64,000 nucleotides of DNA from Gammaproteobacteria bacterium TMED112 (GTDB lineage: Bacteria; Pseudomonadota; Gammaproteobacteria; Magnimaribacterales; TMED112): contig NHFN02000017.1 in assembly GCA_002170245.2 (NCBI GenBank), positions 52,714-116,713 on the forward strand, written 5' to 3'. Within the stretch, counting starts at the first letter, position 1. Every line of letters begins with the position of its first letter. Positions 9,982-19,771 of this stretch are shown here, one piece after another. The translations under genes and the position numbers were made by a program. Below the pieces are notes generated by a model. The model saw only the letters and a list, made by a program, of their open reading frames with translations, was not told the DNA's origin and searched no databases.

Positions 9982-11259
9982 ATGGATGAGTTAGCATTTG
10001 GTTTAAATACCTTTTATTTCGTTGTTATGGGTGCTCTAGTCATGTGGATGGCTGCTGGATTTACCATGCTTGAAGCAGGACTAGTAAGAAAGAAAAATAC
10101 AGCTGAAATAGTCACAAAAAATATAGGCCTTTATTCAATTGCCTGTACCATGTTCATGATTTGTGGATATTCAGCTTTGTACGCATCGTCTGGAGATGGT
10201 GTGTTTCCCGATTTTACTTTTGATTTTATGAATACAGAACCGGGCTCTACTGAAGTTGAGTATGTAGATGGTGCAGTTTATGCTGCCGGAGCTTCTGACT
10301 TCTTCTTCCAAGTAGTTTTTGTTGCTACTGCAGTTTCAATAATCTCTGGTGCAGTCGCTGAAAGAATGAATCAATGGCCATTTTTTGCCCTTGCAGCTTT
10401 TGTAGCTGCCATTGTCTATCCTGTGCAAGGTTACTGGAATTGGGGTGGTGGATTCCTCAAAACAGCAGTCGAAGACGGAGGTTTTGGCTATGTAGATTTT
10501 GCAGGTTCTGGAACAGTTCATTTATTAGGTGGAGCATGTGCACTAGCAGCAGCAATTTTTATAGGGCCTCGATTAGGTAAATATGGAAAAGTGACAGGTA
10601 AATTGGCTGGTATCTTTCCAAAAGCCGAAACGAAAAAACTCTATGGTTCAAATATGCCTGTTGCCGCTTTAGGCACCTTCATTTTATGGTTAGGATGGTT
10701 TGGATTTAATGGAGGATCGTGGCTATCAACCCATACAGCAGAGGCAGCTCATGGTTTCTCGCATGTTGTAATGAATACAAATGCTGCGGCAGCTGGTGGA
10801 GTTATCGCTTGTTTGCTTGTAGCTAGAATTTTCTTTAAGAAAACTAATCTAATTTATGCATTGAATGGGGCAATTGGAGGTTTAGTGTCAATTACGGCCG
10901 GGCCTGATACTCCCACAGTGCTTGAAGCAACTATGATCGGCGCTGCAGGAGGGTTACTTTGTTATGGTTCTCTAGTGGCATTTGAGCAATTCTTTAAAGT
11001 TGATGATCCAGTTGGAGCTATCTCAGCCCATGGTACAGCTGGTGTATTTGGTGTGATGGTTGTTCCTCTTACCAATGAAGGTGCAACTTTCATGGGACAA
11101 GCTGCAGGTGTTATTTCCATAGCTGCTTGGGGATTTGTATTAACTTATGTATTTTTATTCTTGCTAAATTTCTTAGCTCCAGTAACTGCATCTGAAGCAA
11201 TTCAGAAGAAAGGATTGGATGCAGAGGAAATTGGTATAGAAGCATACCCAGAATTTTAA
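9982..11259 (+). CDS. amt: ammonium transporter
   Basis: Amt/MEP motifs AAGFTMLEAG, DFAGSGTVHLLGG and ISAHGTAGVFG. Confidence 0.95.
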   Translation: MDELAFGLNTFYFVVMGALVMWMAAGFTMLEAGLVRKKNTAEIVTKNIGLYSIACTMFMICGYSALYASSGDGVFPDFTFDFMNTEPGSTEVEYVDGAVYAAGASDFFFQVVFVATAVSIISGAVAERMNQWPFFALAAFVAAIVYPVQGYWNWGGGFLKTAVEDGGFGYVDFAGSGTVHLLGGACALAAAIFIGPRLGKYGKVTGKLAGIFPKAETKKLYGSNMPVAALGTFILWLGWFGFNGGSWLSTHTAEAAHGFSHVVMNTNAAAAGGVIACLLVARIFFKKTNLIYALNGAIGGLVSITAGPDTPTVLEATMIGAAGGLLCYGSLVAFEQFFKVDDPVGAISAHGTAGVFGVMVVPLTNEGATFMGQAAGVISIAAWGFVLTYVFLFLLNFLAPVTASEAIQKKGLDAEEIGIEAYPEF

Positions 11260-11376
11260 TTGAGTGTGAGCGAGGGAAAAAACTTTTATACTCTCATTTA
11301 GTTTACCCCTATAAATTATTAGTTTTTTTTCTCGCTTAAACTTAATCAAATAACAAAAATTCTTTAAGATGGTTTT

Positions 11377-12903
11377 ATGAATAATAAAGCCATCTTTTTT
11401 TTATTATTTTCTGTATTTTTTTGTAATTCTGAATCATTGCAATACCACTCTTTTAAAGAATTTAAGGGGTCATTAGCTTTGAGCGAAAACAAAAAAGCTT
11501 TCATTGAGAAATATATAGAAGAAATTAATTATCTAGACAGTGATATAAACTCTATTAATTCACTCTATGGGGCTGAGGAAATCTATAAATCATACATATA
11601 CAGTAGAAATAAAGAGTGGCAAGGTGTGCCGATTATCATTAAAGACAACATAGATTCCATAGGATTAGCAAACACTGCTGGCTCACTTTCAATGACCGAC
11701 AATTTTCCTCGAAGAGATGCTCACCTAGTGAAACAATTAAGAAAATCTGGATTTTTAGTTTTAGGTAAAGCAAACCTTTCAGAATGGGCAAACTTTCGAG
11801 GTAGGAATTCTGTTAGTGGTTGGTCGAGCTATGGTGGACAAACAAGAAACCCTTACAATCCAGAATATAATCCTTGTGGTTCAAGTTCGGGAAGCGCTGC
11901 TGCTGTAGCACTTGGCTTAGTACCTGTTTCAATTGGAACTGAAACAAATGGCTCCATAACTTGTCCTGCTTCCATTAATGGAGTTGTAGGCATAAAACCA
12001 ACAGTGGGCTTAGTGAGTAGGCATGGAATTATACCTATTTCTTCTACTCAAGATACAGCCGGTCCAATGGCTAGAAACGTCTTTGATGCAGCCGTTGTTC
12101 TTAAAACTATTTCAGGCAAAGATCCAAAGGATAAAGCTACAAGCAATATACCTTCTGATTTTGATTTTTCTGGATTGGTAAATTTAAATAACAACTACCT
12201 CAAAGAAAAACGAATCGGCTTGATAGTTCCTAATGAGGGAGACTTAAAAATAACATTTTCACTTATAAAAAAAGCGGAAGAGATTTTTTTGAGTTCAGGC
12301 GCAGAAATTGTTCCAATAACCCTTGAACCTTTACCAAATAACTTCTGGTCCTCTGCTCTTTTTATCTTGGAATATGAATTCTATATTGGGCTAAATGACT
12401 ATTTAAAAAAATCAAAGTCTTCTATGAGAGATATGCAATCAATTGTTGACTTTAACATTGATAATAGAGAAGAAACTATGAGTTTTTATGGACAAGAGTA
12501 TTTTTTAACTAGTATTGCTGCAGGTCCTGGAAAAAAAATTGAAGGCAAATATACTGATGACATTTATCAGGAATCTCTAAAGATTGTAGATTTTTCAAGA
12601 GAATATCTTGATGCAATTTTGAAAGAAAATGAATTAGACGCTATTGTTGGTCTAACAAGAAATACTGCATGGAAAATTGATTACCAAAATGGTGATAATT
12701 TTGAAAATGGCTGGGGTAATGGTGCACTATCTGCTATTTCAGGTTACCCACATATTACAATACCTTTAGCTTTTGTTGATGGCTTTCCTACCGGTCTTTC
12801 ATTTATGGGCACAGCATGGGATGAGGTAAATTTAATAAATCTTGCTTACTCCTTTGAGCAAAAAAATAATTTTTTTCCTAAACCAGTCACAAGCAAGAAT
12901 TAA
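11377..12903 (+). CDS. secreted amidase-signature family amidase
   Basis: Signal-like N-terminus. Amidase signature region GSSSGSAAAVA, KDNID and a Ser-cisSer-Lys-type context. Confidence 0.85.
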   Translation: MNNKAIFFLLFSVFFCNSESLQYHSFKEFKGSLALSENKKAFIEKYIEEINYLDSDINSINSLYGAEEIYKSYIYSRNKEWQGVPIIIKDNIDSIGLANTAGSLSMTDNFPRRDAHLVKQLRKSGFLVLGKANLSEWANFRGRNSVSGWSSYGGQTRNPYNPEYNPCGSSSGSAAAVALGLVPVSIGTETNGSITCPASINGVVGIKPTVGLVSRHGIIPISSTQDTAGPMARNVFDAAVVLKTISGKDPKDKATSNIPSDFDFSGLVNLNNNYLKEKRIGLIVPNEGDLKITFSLIKKAEEIFLSSGAEIVPITLEPLPNNFWSSALFILEYEFYIGLNDYLKKSKSSMRDMQSIVDFNIDNREETMSFYGQEYFLTSIAAGPGKKIEGKYTDDIYQESLKIVDFSREYLDAILKENELDAIVGLTRNTAWKIDYQNGDNFENGWGNGALSAISGYPHITIPLAFVDGFPTGLSFMGTAWDEVNLINLAYSFEQKNNFFPKPVTSKN

Positions 12904-13693
12904 TTCTTAATTTAATAACATCTAAACTTAAATTGTTGGGGAGGTGTATCGATTTCTTTACATCCATTAATTCACTTAAATTCTTCAGAGAAACTTTTGT
13001 TTTTGAGGTGATATTCAATTTCTGTAAATAAATCAAGTAATCGGTAAAACCGGAAATTTCCTCTCTGTCTTTAGATTGAACCTCTTTTTTATTCAAGAAT
13101 GTGTCATATTTCTCCATTTTTTTTACAATATCTGTCAAAGATAATTCAAGCTCTTTGGGATTTTCAGATAAGAAGCCAATTGCAAATGAAGATAGGCTTT
13201 TATCACTTTCATACAGGAAATCTTTTACTTCTTCAGTAGATGGCTTAGGGATTCTTGATATCTGGAATCTACTTATAATAGTGGAAGGTATAGAAGATAG
13301 ACGATTTGTTGCGATGATTATAAAAGTTTCATCTCCAGAATCTTCTGCAACTTTTAATAATGAATTGTAGCCATCAATTCTAATATCCTCCCCTCCCTGA
13401 ATAAAAAGTAATTTCTTACCTGATGAACTCAAAGTTAAAAAATCTTTTGGCCCTCGTAACTCAGCAATAGGTATATTATTTTTTTCAGGGTCCTTTTTTA
13501 AGAAATAGAAATTATGGGATGCAATATTTTCTAATTCTACATTGCTGAAATCTTTTTTATCAATCTTAGAAATAAAGTCCTTTACAATTCGTCGAGAAAC
13601 TTCTTTTATATCTTGCCCATCTGAACCACATAAAATAGTTTTTGGTTTGATATTTCCAAGGTGTTCTAGAAATTTCTTATTCCAAGGCAGCAT
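12887..13693 (-). CDS. holB: DNA polymerase III delta-prime subunit (short form)
   Basis: MLPWNKKF start and NSLLKVAEDSGDETFIIIATNRLSSIPSTIISRFQ resemble HolB. It lies immediately downstream of tmk, as in E. coli. The P-loop is degenerate. Confidence 0.72.
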   Translation of the reverse strand: MLPWNKKFLEHLGNIKPKTILCGSDGQDIKEVSRRIVKDFISKIDKKDFSNVELENIASHNFYFLKKDPEKNNIPIAELRGPKDFLTLSSSGKKLLFIQGGEDIRIDGYNSLLKVAEDSGDETFIIIATNRLSSIPSTIISRFQISRIPKPSTEEVKDFLYESDKSLSSFAIGFLSENPKELELSLTDIVKKMEKYDTFLNKKEVQSKDREEISGFTDYLIYLQKLNITSKTKVSLKNLSELMDVKKSIHLPNNLSLDVIKLRINSCL

Positions 13694-14294
13694 TTAACTT
13701 TTCTATAGTTTTATTGAATATTTCAGATTCTAATTCCTCAATACCTTTATTAGCATCAAGACATACCACTCTGTCTGGACTTTTTTCAGCTATTTCCAAG
13801 TATCCCTCTCTTACTTTTTCGAAAAATTCCAATGGTTCAACCTCCATCCTATCCATCTCTCTTCCCGATATTCTTTCTTTAGACTTTTTTGCAGAAATAT
13901 CCATATAAAATGTTAAGTCTGGAGTTAAGAGCTTTGATTCTTTGTGTATGTAATCAATGAAATCTATATTCAATCCTTTCCCATAGCACTGGTAGGCTAA
14001 AGTTGCGTCAGCGTATCTATCAGCAATTACAATACAACCTTTGTCCAAGTTTTTTCTAAGCATATTTTGATCTAAGTGTTTTCGGGATGCATAGAGTAGA
14101 AATGCCTCCGTGATTGGATCAATGATCTCGTCAGTTTCTTCTAGAAATATTTCTCTTATTCTCTCGCCAAGTAAAGTAGTCCCAGGTTCTCGGAGTTTTT
14201 TTACATGATGTCCTAAATCTCTTAAAGAAGATTCTAGCAACTCTATTTGTGTGGATTTTCCAGATCCCTCAATGCCTTCAAATGATATAAACAC
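13677..14294 (-). CDS. tmk: thymidylate kinase
   Basis: FISFEGIEGSGKSTQ P-loop and a DRY-like ADRYADAT motif. Confidence 0.93.
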   Translation of the reverse strand: MFISFEGIEGSGKSTQIELLESSLRDLGHHVKKLREPGTTLLGERIREIFLEETDEIIDPITEAFLLYASRKHLDQNMLRKNLDKGCIVIADRYADATLAYQCYGKGLNIDFIDYIHKESKLLTPDLTFYMDISAKKSKERISGREMDRMEVEPLEFFEKVREGYLEIAEKSPDRVVCLDANKGIEELESEIFNKTIEKLNAALE

Positions 14295-14302
14295 AATATA
14301 TA

Positions 14303-15289
14303 TTATTTACTGTAAATGTATTTTTTGACAGCTTTATTGTGTTCATCATATGTTTCTGAAAATATATGTGAACCATCTCCTTTTGCAACAAAATAATAAA
14401 AATTTCCAGGAGAAGATTTTATAGCTGCATCAATTGCCCCTTTTGATGGATAGCAAATTGGGCCCGGAGGCAATCCTTTATTTTGATAAGTGTTATATAG
14501 GTTTTTATCATCTAAAACCGCTCTACCAATTTTTTTTCCGTAATCGCCGTAAAAACCGTATGATGAGGTTGGATCAGCTTGAAGTCTCATATTAATTTTT
14601 AGCCTAGACAGAAATACAGAGGCTATTTTTTCTTGTTCTGAGGACAACAAAGCTTCTCTCTCAATTATAGACGCAAGAACCAAAGCTTCATGAGGTGATT
14701 GTAATGGATTATCTTTTGGTTTTTGGCTCCATGAGTCCTCAAGATATTTATCTAAATATGTTTTTGAGTTATTTAAAACCTTTATTAAATCCTGTTTATC
14801 ACTGAAAAAATACGTATCAGGCATTAGCAATGCCTCAGCAGAAAATATATCTCTAACGGTTTTGGGTACCTCAAAATTGAGTTTTTGGTCTTCAATAATT
14901 TTCTCTAAATTGATCAAGTTATTTTTTGCAACACTACCTTCTATAATTGTGAGTTTAAATAGCTGAACATCGCCTTTCTCAAAGCGGTCAATTAAGTCAG
15001 AAATAGAAGTATCTGGAAAAATATTGTACCTACCAGCTTTTATTATTGGATCTTCTTTAAAAATATATTTGATCTTAATCCACCATGTATTTGATAGATT
15101 ATATTTTTTTTCCAGTGTTGAGAGAATTCCATAAAGGCTATCTCCTTTTTTAACAACAAAGCTTTGGTTTCCAGCCTGTACAGGTATTTTTTGCATCAGT
15201 GATAGCTGAAGCTTTAAAGAAATAAATGCAAAGCTTAAAATCAGGATAAGAAAAAAAGTTTTCTTAGCTATTCTTTTCGATCCAATCAA
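14303..15289 (-). CDS. mltG: endolytic murein transglycosylase MltG/YceG
   Basis: Single N-terminal TM followed by a YceG domain (MRLQADPT..YNTYQNKGLPPGPI..YYFVAKGDGSHIF). The start is uncertain: TTG at 15289, or ATGs at 15325/15328/15346. Every candidate start overlaps the acpP 3' end. Confidence 0.85.
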   Translation of the reverse strand: MIGSKRIAKKTFFLILILSFAFISLKLQLSLMQKIPVQAGNQSFVVKKGDSLYGILSTLEKKYNLSNTWWIKIKYIFKEDPIIKAGRYNIFPDTSISDLIDRFEKGDVQLFKLTIIEGSVAKNNLINLEKIIEDQKLNFEVPKTVRDIFSAEALLMPDTYFFSDKQDLIKVLNNSKTYLDKYLEDSWSQKPKDNPLQSPHEALVLASIIEREALLSSEQEKIASVFLSRLKINMRLQADPTSSYGFYGDYGKKIGRAVLDDKNLYNTYQNKGLPPGPICYPSKGAIDAAIKSSPGNFYYFVAKGDGSHIFSETYDEHNKAVKKYIYSK

Positions 15290-15497
15290 CGGCACTATTG
15301 ATAGTTGTGATATTTTCAGCCTCATCATCAGGAATTTCAAGGCCAAATTCTTCTTCGAATGCCATAACTAATTCTACTGTATCAAGAGAATCTGCTCCAA
15401 GATCTTCAACTAGAGATGAGTCAGGCTTAACATCATCTTTACTAATCTCTAACTGGTTACAAACAATCTCAACAACTTTATCTAGAACTTCGCTCAT
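15264..15497 (-). CDS. acpP: acyl carrier protein
   Basis: 77 aa with the GADSLDTVELV phosphopantetheine attachment motif. Confidence 0.97.
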   Translation of the reverse strand: MSEVLDKVVEIVCNQLEISKDDVKPDSSLVEDLGADSLDTVELVMAFEEEFGLEIPDDEAENITTINSAVDWIEKNS

Positions 15498-15529
15498 TAT
15501 TACTCCTTAGTAAATTTGTAAAACATACA

Positions 15530-16231
15530 TTACTTCATAAATAGCCCGCCATCAACTACTAATGTTTGTCCTGTAATATAATTAGACTCTTCTGTAGCTA
15601 GAAAGTTTACTAGCGAAGCAACATCTTCAACTTTACCCACTCTTTTCAAAGGTATTTTTTTTATTAATTCTTCATCAATCAAATTATCAGTCATATCAGT
15701 CTGAATGAATCCTGGTGCAATTGAATTTACAGTAATATTTCTTGAACCCAACTCTTTTGCAAGCGATCTTGTAAAGGCATCAACACCTGCTTTTGAAGCA
15801 GAATAATTTGTTTGTCCTGGATTACCCATTAAACCAGAAATTGAACTTATGTTAATTATTCGTCCCCACTTCTTTTTTAACATACCCTTAACAACTAATT
15901 TGGTTATTTTAAAAACACTATTGAGATTTGTATTTATAACTTCGTCCCAATCAGCTGTAGTCATTCTGAGAAAAAGCTTATCTCTTGTAGCTCCGGCATT
16001 ATTTATTAAAATATCGGGATCAAATTCATTTGCTATTTTTTGAAAATTATCAATTGAACTTTGGTCACATACGTCTAAATTAGCTAATTTTAAATTTGCA
16101 TGTGAATAATCAAATTTATTAGGATCCCTTGATGTGGCCAGCACCAAATACCTTTTCTCTAACAGGGATTGAACAATCCCTTTACCTATTCCTCTATTGC
16201 CGCCTGTAACAATTACTTTTTTATTTTCCAT
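15530..16231 (-). CDS. fabG: 3-oxoacyl-ACP reductase
   Basis: SDR motifs TGGNRGIGKG, NNAG and YSASKAG. Located in the fab cluster. Confidence 0.92.
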   Translation of the reverse strand: MENKKVIVTGGNRGIGKGIVQSLLEKRYLVLATSRDPNKFDYSHANLKLANLDVCDQSSIDNFQKIANEFDPDILINNAGATRDKLFLRMTTADWDEVINTNLNSVFKITKLVVKGMLKKKWGRIINISSISGLMGNPGQTNYSASKAGVDAFTRSLAKELGSRNITVNSIAPGFIQTDMTDNLIDEELIKKIPLKRVGKVEDVASLVNFLATEESNYITGQTLVVDGGLFMK

Positions 16232-17150
16232 ATTTACTCAATAGTTCTTTAAATGTATCAATATTATCGAAAGATGAAAATGATCCTTTTATTCTGTTTT
16301 GTTTAGCAAGACTAGAAAGAACTTTATTAGGTCCAATCTCATAATGCTCTTCGAGACCATATTTCTTTAACCTATTCATAGAAGATGCCCACTGTACTGG
16401 ATTTGATATTTGCTCAGCAAGATTTACACAAATTTCTTTTGCGGTAATGGGGATTTTTGCATCCAAGTTCTGAATTATTGGAAAATCTGGCATTTCAAGC
16501 CTCATTTCATCAAGTACCAACTTTAGTTTTGTGGTAGCTATCCTCATAAGGCTAGAATGAGATGGTACTGATACCGAGAGGTCTATTACTTTTTTTGCAC
16601 CTTTTTCTTTGAGTTCACTTTTTATCGATTCTATTTCATCTGTGTTACCAGCAATTACTGTTTGTAACGGAGAATTCATATTCACTGCCTCCAAAAATTT
16701 TGCTTTTTTATCTGAAAGTATTTTTTTTAAACTCTCTCCGTCTAGGCCTAAAACTGCGGACATCTTGGTTTTTGTATCGCCTTTACTTTCAATCATGAAT
16801 GTTGCTCTAAATTTAATAAATCTAAGGGCATTTTTTAAGTTAAAACCCCCAGCACAAAGAAAAGCTGAAACTTCACCTAAACTATGGCCTGCAGCAACTT
16901 TTGGAGATGGACACTTGTGGTTTTTCCACACTTGGAAGAGCGAATAGCTCATTATCATCAATAGAGGTTGTGTATAGTAAGTATCGTTGAGCCTAGAGTC
17001 TTCTTGAAAAATGATATTTTTTAAATCTTCTTTATAAAAATCTTCAGCTATTGATAAATTATCTTGAAATTCCTCAAATTCCTCAAAATGCTCTTTGAAC
17101 ATTCCAGTATACTGAGACCCTTGACCGGGAAATAAGAACGAGAAAGCCAT
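16221..17150 (-). CDS. fabD: malonyl-CoA:ACP transacylase
   Basis: FPGQGSQ and the GHSLGE nucleophile elbow. Confidence 0.95.
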   Translation of the reverse strand: MAFSFLFPGQGSQYTGMFKEHFEEFEEFQDNLSIAEDFYKEDLKNIIFQEDSRLNDTYYTQPLLMIMSYSLFQVWKNHKCPSPKVAAGHSLGEVSAFLCAGGFNLKNALRFIKFRATFMIESKGDTKTKMSAVLGLDGESLKKILSDKKAKFLEAVNMNSPLQTVIAGNTDEIESIKSELKEKGAKKVIDLSVSVPSHSSLMRIATTKLKLVLDEMRLEMPDFPIIQNLDAKIPITAKEICVNLAEQISNPVQWASSMNRLKKYGLEEHYEIGPNKVLSSLAKQNRIKGSFSSFDNIDTFKELLSKYGK

Positions 17151-17156
17151 GAAAAT

Positions 17157-17363
17157 TTATTCTTGGACTTCTTCTTGTTCTTCTGGTTTCTTTTTGAGAT
17201 CTTTAACTAATCTACCCTTATAGAAACCGTCAGCAGACATATTATGCCTTAAATGTCTTTCACCAGAAACAGGGTCTGTAGACAAAGAATTTGAACTCAG
17301 CGCATCATGAGAACGTCTCATTCCAACTCTGCTTCTTGTTTTTTTACTTTTTTGTACAGCCAT
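17157..17363 (-). CDS. rpmF: 50S ribosomal protein L32
   Basis: [23 protein letters not shown]-terminus. Confidence 0.93.
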   Translation of the reverse strand: MAVQKSKKTRSRVGMRRSHDALSSNSLSTDPVSGERHLRHNMSADGFYKGRLVKDLKKKPEEQEEVQE

Positions 17364-17438
17364 GAAGGATGCATTTTAAATCTTTTAATACTTATTGTGA
17401 AGCATAAAAATTAATTAAAAATCTGCTAAAATTTAATT

Positions 17439-17756
17439 ATGTTGGTTACAACTTCAGAAAATATACCTGGAAAAAATATTTTGAGTACCATTGGTTACGT
17501 TAAAGGGAGCTCAGCAAGAGCTCGGCATGCGGTAGCTGATATATTTGCAAGCTTCAAAAACGTCCTTGGAGGAGAAATTGAAGAATACTCAAGACTCCTT
17601 CAACAAACTAGAGATCAAGCTGTTGAACGGATGATTGCTGATGCTGAAAAACAAGGAGGAAATGCAATTATTTGCTTCAGAATTGAAAGCAGCACAATAG
17701 CCCAAGGGGCCTCAGAAGTCGTTGCATATGGTACAGCTGTAGTTATTGAAGAGTAG
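17439..17756 (+). CDS. ybjQ: YbjQ/UPF0145 family protein
   Basis: 105 aa, collinear with E. coli YbjQ (..GGEIEEY..AR..A..M...A...GANAI...R.....). Confidence 0.82.
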   Translation: MLVTTSENIPGKNILSTIGYVKGSSARARHAVADIFASFKNVLGGEIEEYSRLLQQTRDQAVERMIADAEKQGGNAIICFRIESSTIAQGASEVVAYGTAVVIEE

Positions 17757-17758
17757 AA

Positions 17759-18295
17759 TTAATATGTATCTTCCTCAGTATCCTCTTCTAAAGGGTTAGA
17801 TCCAAACCTGTTATCCTCGTAACCACCCTTTCTTAGAAAAGCTAAACAATAAATTATTGAGATTAAGTTTCCAGCTGCACTAAGCCTGACAGCTGTAGGC
17901 TCAACAGATGGAAAAATTTGAAGCCATATGCCCATAATATTAATCATAAAGAATGGCACAGCCCAATAATAGCTAGCATCAAGGTCTTGTAACCTTCTAA
18001 TAGTAACAGCCATTAACGGTAAAAAGAATATTAGAGATAATGCTACAGATGATATTCGTGTTCCCAATCCAAAGTTGCTATCCAGTATAAATTCGGTCAC
18101 CTGGTTTTCATTCAATGTTGCTGCGTATTCCCAATCTACACTTCCAAAAGTTGTGAATGCCACTATGGCACTTACTAATATTGAAAAAATTACTGTAAAT
18201 AACACAAAATACCACCACTCTGCTCTGCATGCCCTGCCCTTAAAAGTAGAATAATTATCTATTAGTGCTGACCTTACTGCTTGACTAAAATTCAT
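17759..18295 (-). CDS. DUF805-family inner-membrane protein
   Basis: FKGRACRAEWWYF and IRRLQDLDASYYW motifs with 4 TM segments. Confidence 0.7.
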   Translation of the reverse strand: MNFSQAVRSALIDNYSTFKGRACRAEWWYFVLFTVIFSILVSAIVAFTTFGSVDWEYAATLNENQVTEFILDSNFGLGTRISSVALSLIFFLPLMAVTIRRLQDLDASYYWAVPFFMINIMGIWLQIFPSVEPTAVRLSAAGNLISIIYCLAFLRKGGYEDNRFGSNPLEEDTEEDTY

Positions 18296-19019
18296 TTTTT
18301 CCCTTCAAATATACATCATATCTCACTGATGAACCCTTAAATGATATAGCAGAGTAATCTTTTATACTAGGTGCTGCTTTCAATTCTTTCTTAATAACTA
18401 ATCTTTTAAAATTTGATTCATAAAACTCAACTGAGGGATCATCATATTCTCCAAGATAATTATCTAGAAATTCCATTTGTTTTGTTCTTTTTAATTTTTT
18501 CTTTGAGTTAAACATTGGATCAACGTAAACAACATCATAGTTTTCTACGGATTGTAAAAAAGCACGACTATCCGAATTTATAACTGACATATTGTTTCTA
18601 ACATCATTGAAATATGGCAAATTAGGTAAATTACTTAATGCCTCTTCAATCAAAACACATAACCCTTTATTCTTTTCTAATACAGTAATTTTTTGTCCAA
18701 GCATTGTAAGAATAAAGGCATCATGCCCTAAGCCTCCTGTAGTATCTAAAATATGCTTCTGTGCTGTTGATTGCCAACCAATTGCTTTTTTTAAAAGGCT
18801 TTCACTCTGATACTGTGAGATCCTCGCATAAAATTTGCCTTCACTAAACGAATTTTCTAATTTGTTGTTTCCAGAATGCAGAATTGTCCGATCATCAATA
18901 GATATAAATGTTTCTGGAGATTCAGAGGTTAACAGTGGAACATTATATTTTTTTGATAGCTCTTTAGCTCTTTCTTTCAAGTTAAGATTTAAGACTTTTA
19001 TTCCTTCTATATCAGCCAT
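18285..19019 (-). CDS. rsmJ: 16S rRNA m2G1516 methyltransferase
   Basis: TGGLGHDAFILTMLGQKITVLEKN and VVYVDPMF are collinear with E. coli RsmJ. Confidence 0.8.
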   Translation of the reverse strand: MADIEGIKVLNLNLKERAKELSKKYNVPLLTSESPETFISIDDRTILHSGNNKLENSFSEGKFYARISQYQSESLLKKAIGWQSTAQKHILDTTGGLGHDAFILTMLGQKITVLEKNKGLCVLIEEALSNLPNLPYFNDVRNNMSVINSDSRAFLQSVENYDVVYVDPMFNSKKKLKRTKQMEFLDNYLGEYDDPSVEFYESNFKRLVIKKELKAAPSIKDYSAISFKGSSVRYDVYLKGKNEF

Positions 19020-19771
19020 AATAATAATATTCCTAAAAACAATCTATAAACAATAAATGGCATGTAACCAAGCTTTTTTACAAGGCCAAGAAACAAGGAT
19101 ATTGATAAATAAGATACTATATATGTAGTTAAAAATGCTATAAAAGTAGTTAAAATGTTTATATCTTCTTTTAAAGTGTTGATTTCTATAAACCCAAAAA
19201 TAAGAGCTCCGAGTATAGTTGGTATAGATAACATTAGAGAGTATTTTGCAGCTTCAGATTTTTTGAAACCCAAAAATAATGAACCAGTAATAGCGGTTCC
19301 AGACCTAGATGCACCCGATATCAAACTAAATGTTTGGAATAAACCGATTACAATTGCATCTTTTGCTGTCATATCTGAATTTAAGTACTTCTGTTGACTA
19401 GTCTTTTCAGATATATAGAGCAAAAAAGCAAAAAAGATGTTTGCATAGGCTATTGTTGTTAAAGACCACCTATAATCGCCCATACCAGGCATAAATAATG
19501 CTATCAAGACAATTGGTAAGGTGCTAATGACCAAAAACTTAAATGTTCTAGAGACATAGAAGCTTAATCTTAAAAATTCATCCCTAAAATAAGTAAGAAC
19601 AGCCATCAGGGTTGCAAAATGCACTGTTATATCAAAGATAATACCTTGATCTGGCCATCCAAGCACTTTGCTTGGTAGCAAAAGGTGTGCAGAACTTGAT
19701 ATAGGTAAAAATTCAGTTATAGCTTGTATGATACTCAGTACTATTATCTGTACTATAGATAGTTCCATCAC
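19007..19771 (-). CDS. uppP: undecaprenyl-diphosphatase
   Basis: ITEFLPISSSAHL and SRSG motifs. Polytopic membrane protein. Confidence 0.93.
   Translation of the reverse strand: MMELSIVQIIVLSIIQAITEFLPISSSAHLLLPSKVLGWPDQGIIFDITVHFATLMAVLTYFRDEFLRLSFYVSRTFKFLVISTLPIVLIALFMPGMGDYRWSLTTIAYANIFFAFLLYISEKTSQQKYLNSDMTAKDAIVIGLFQTFSLISGASRSGTAITGSLFLGFKKSEAAKYSLMLSIPTILGALIFGFIEINTLKEDINILTTFIAFLTTYIVSYLSISLFLGLVKKLGYMPFIVYRLFLGILLLWLI

Noticed and set aside
11266-11340. Long-range complementarity GAGCGAGGGAAAAAA / TTTTTTTTCTCGCT after amt as a terminator
   Set aside because: It has a ~45-nt loop, mostly A:T pairing and imperfect pairing. This is not a convincing intrinsic terminator or a known RNA motif.
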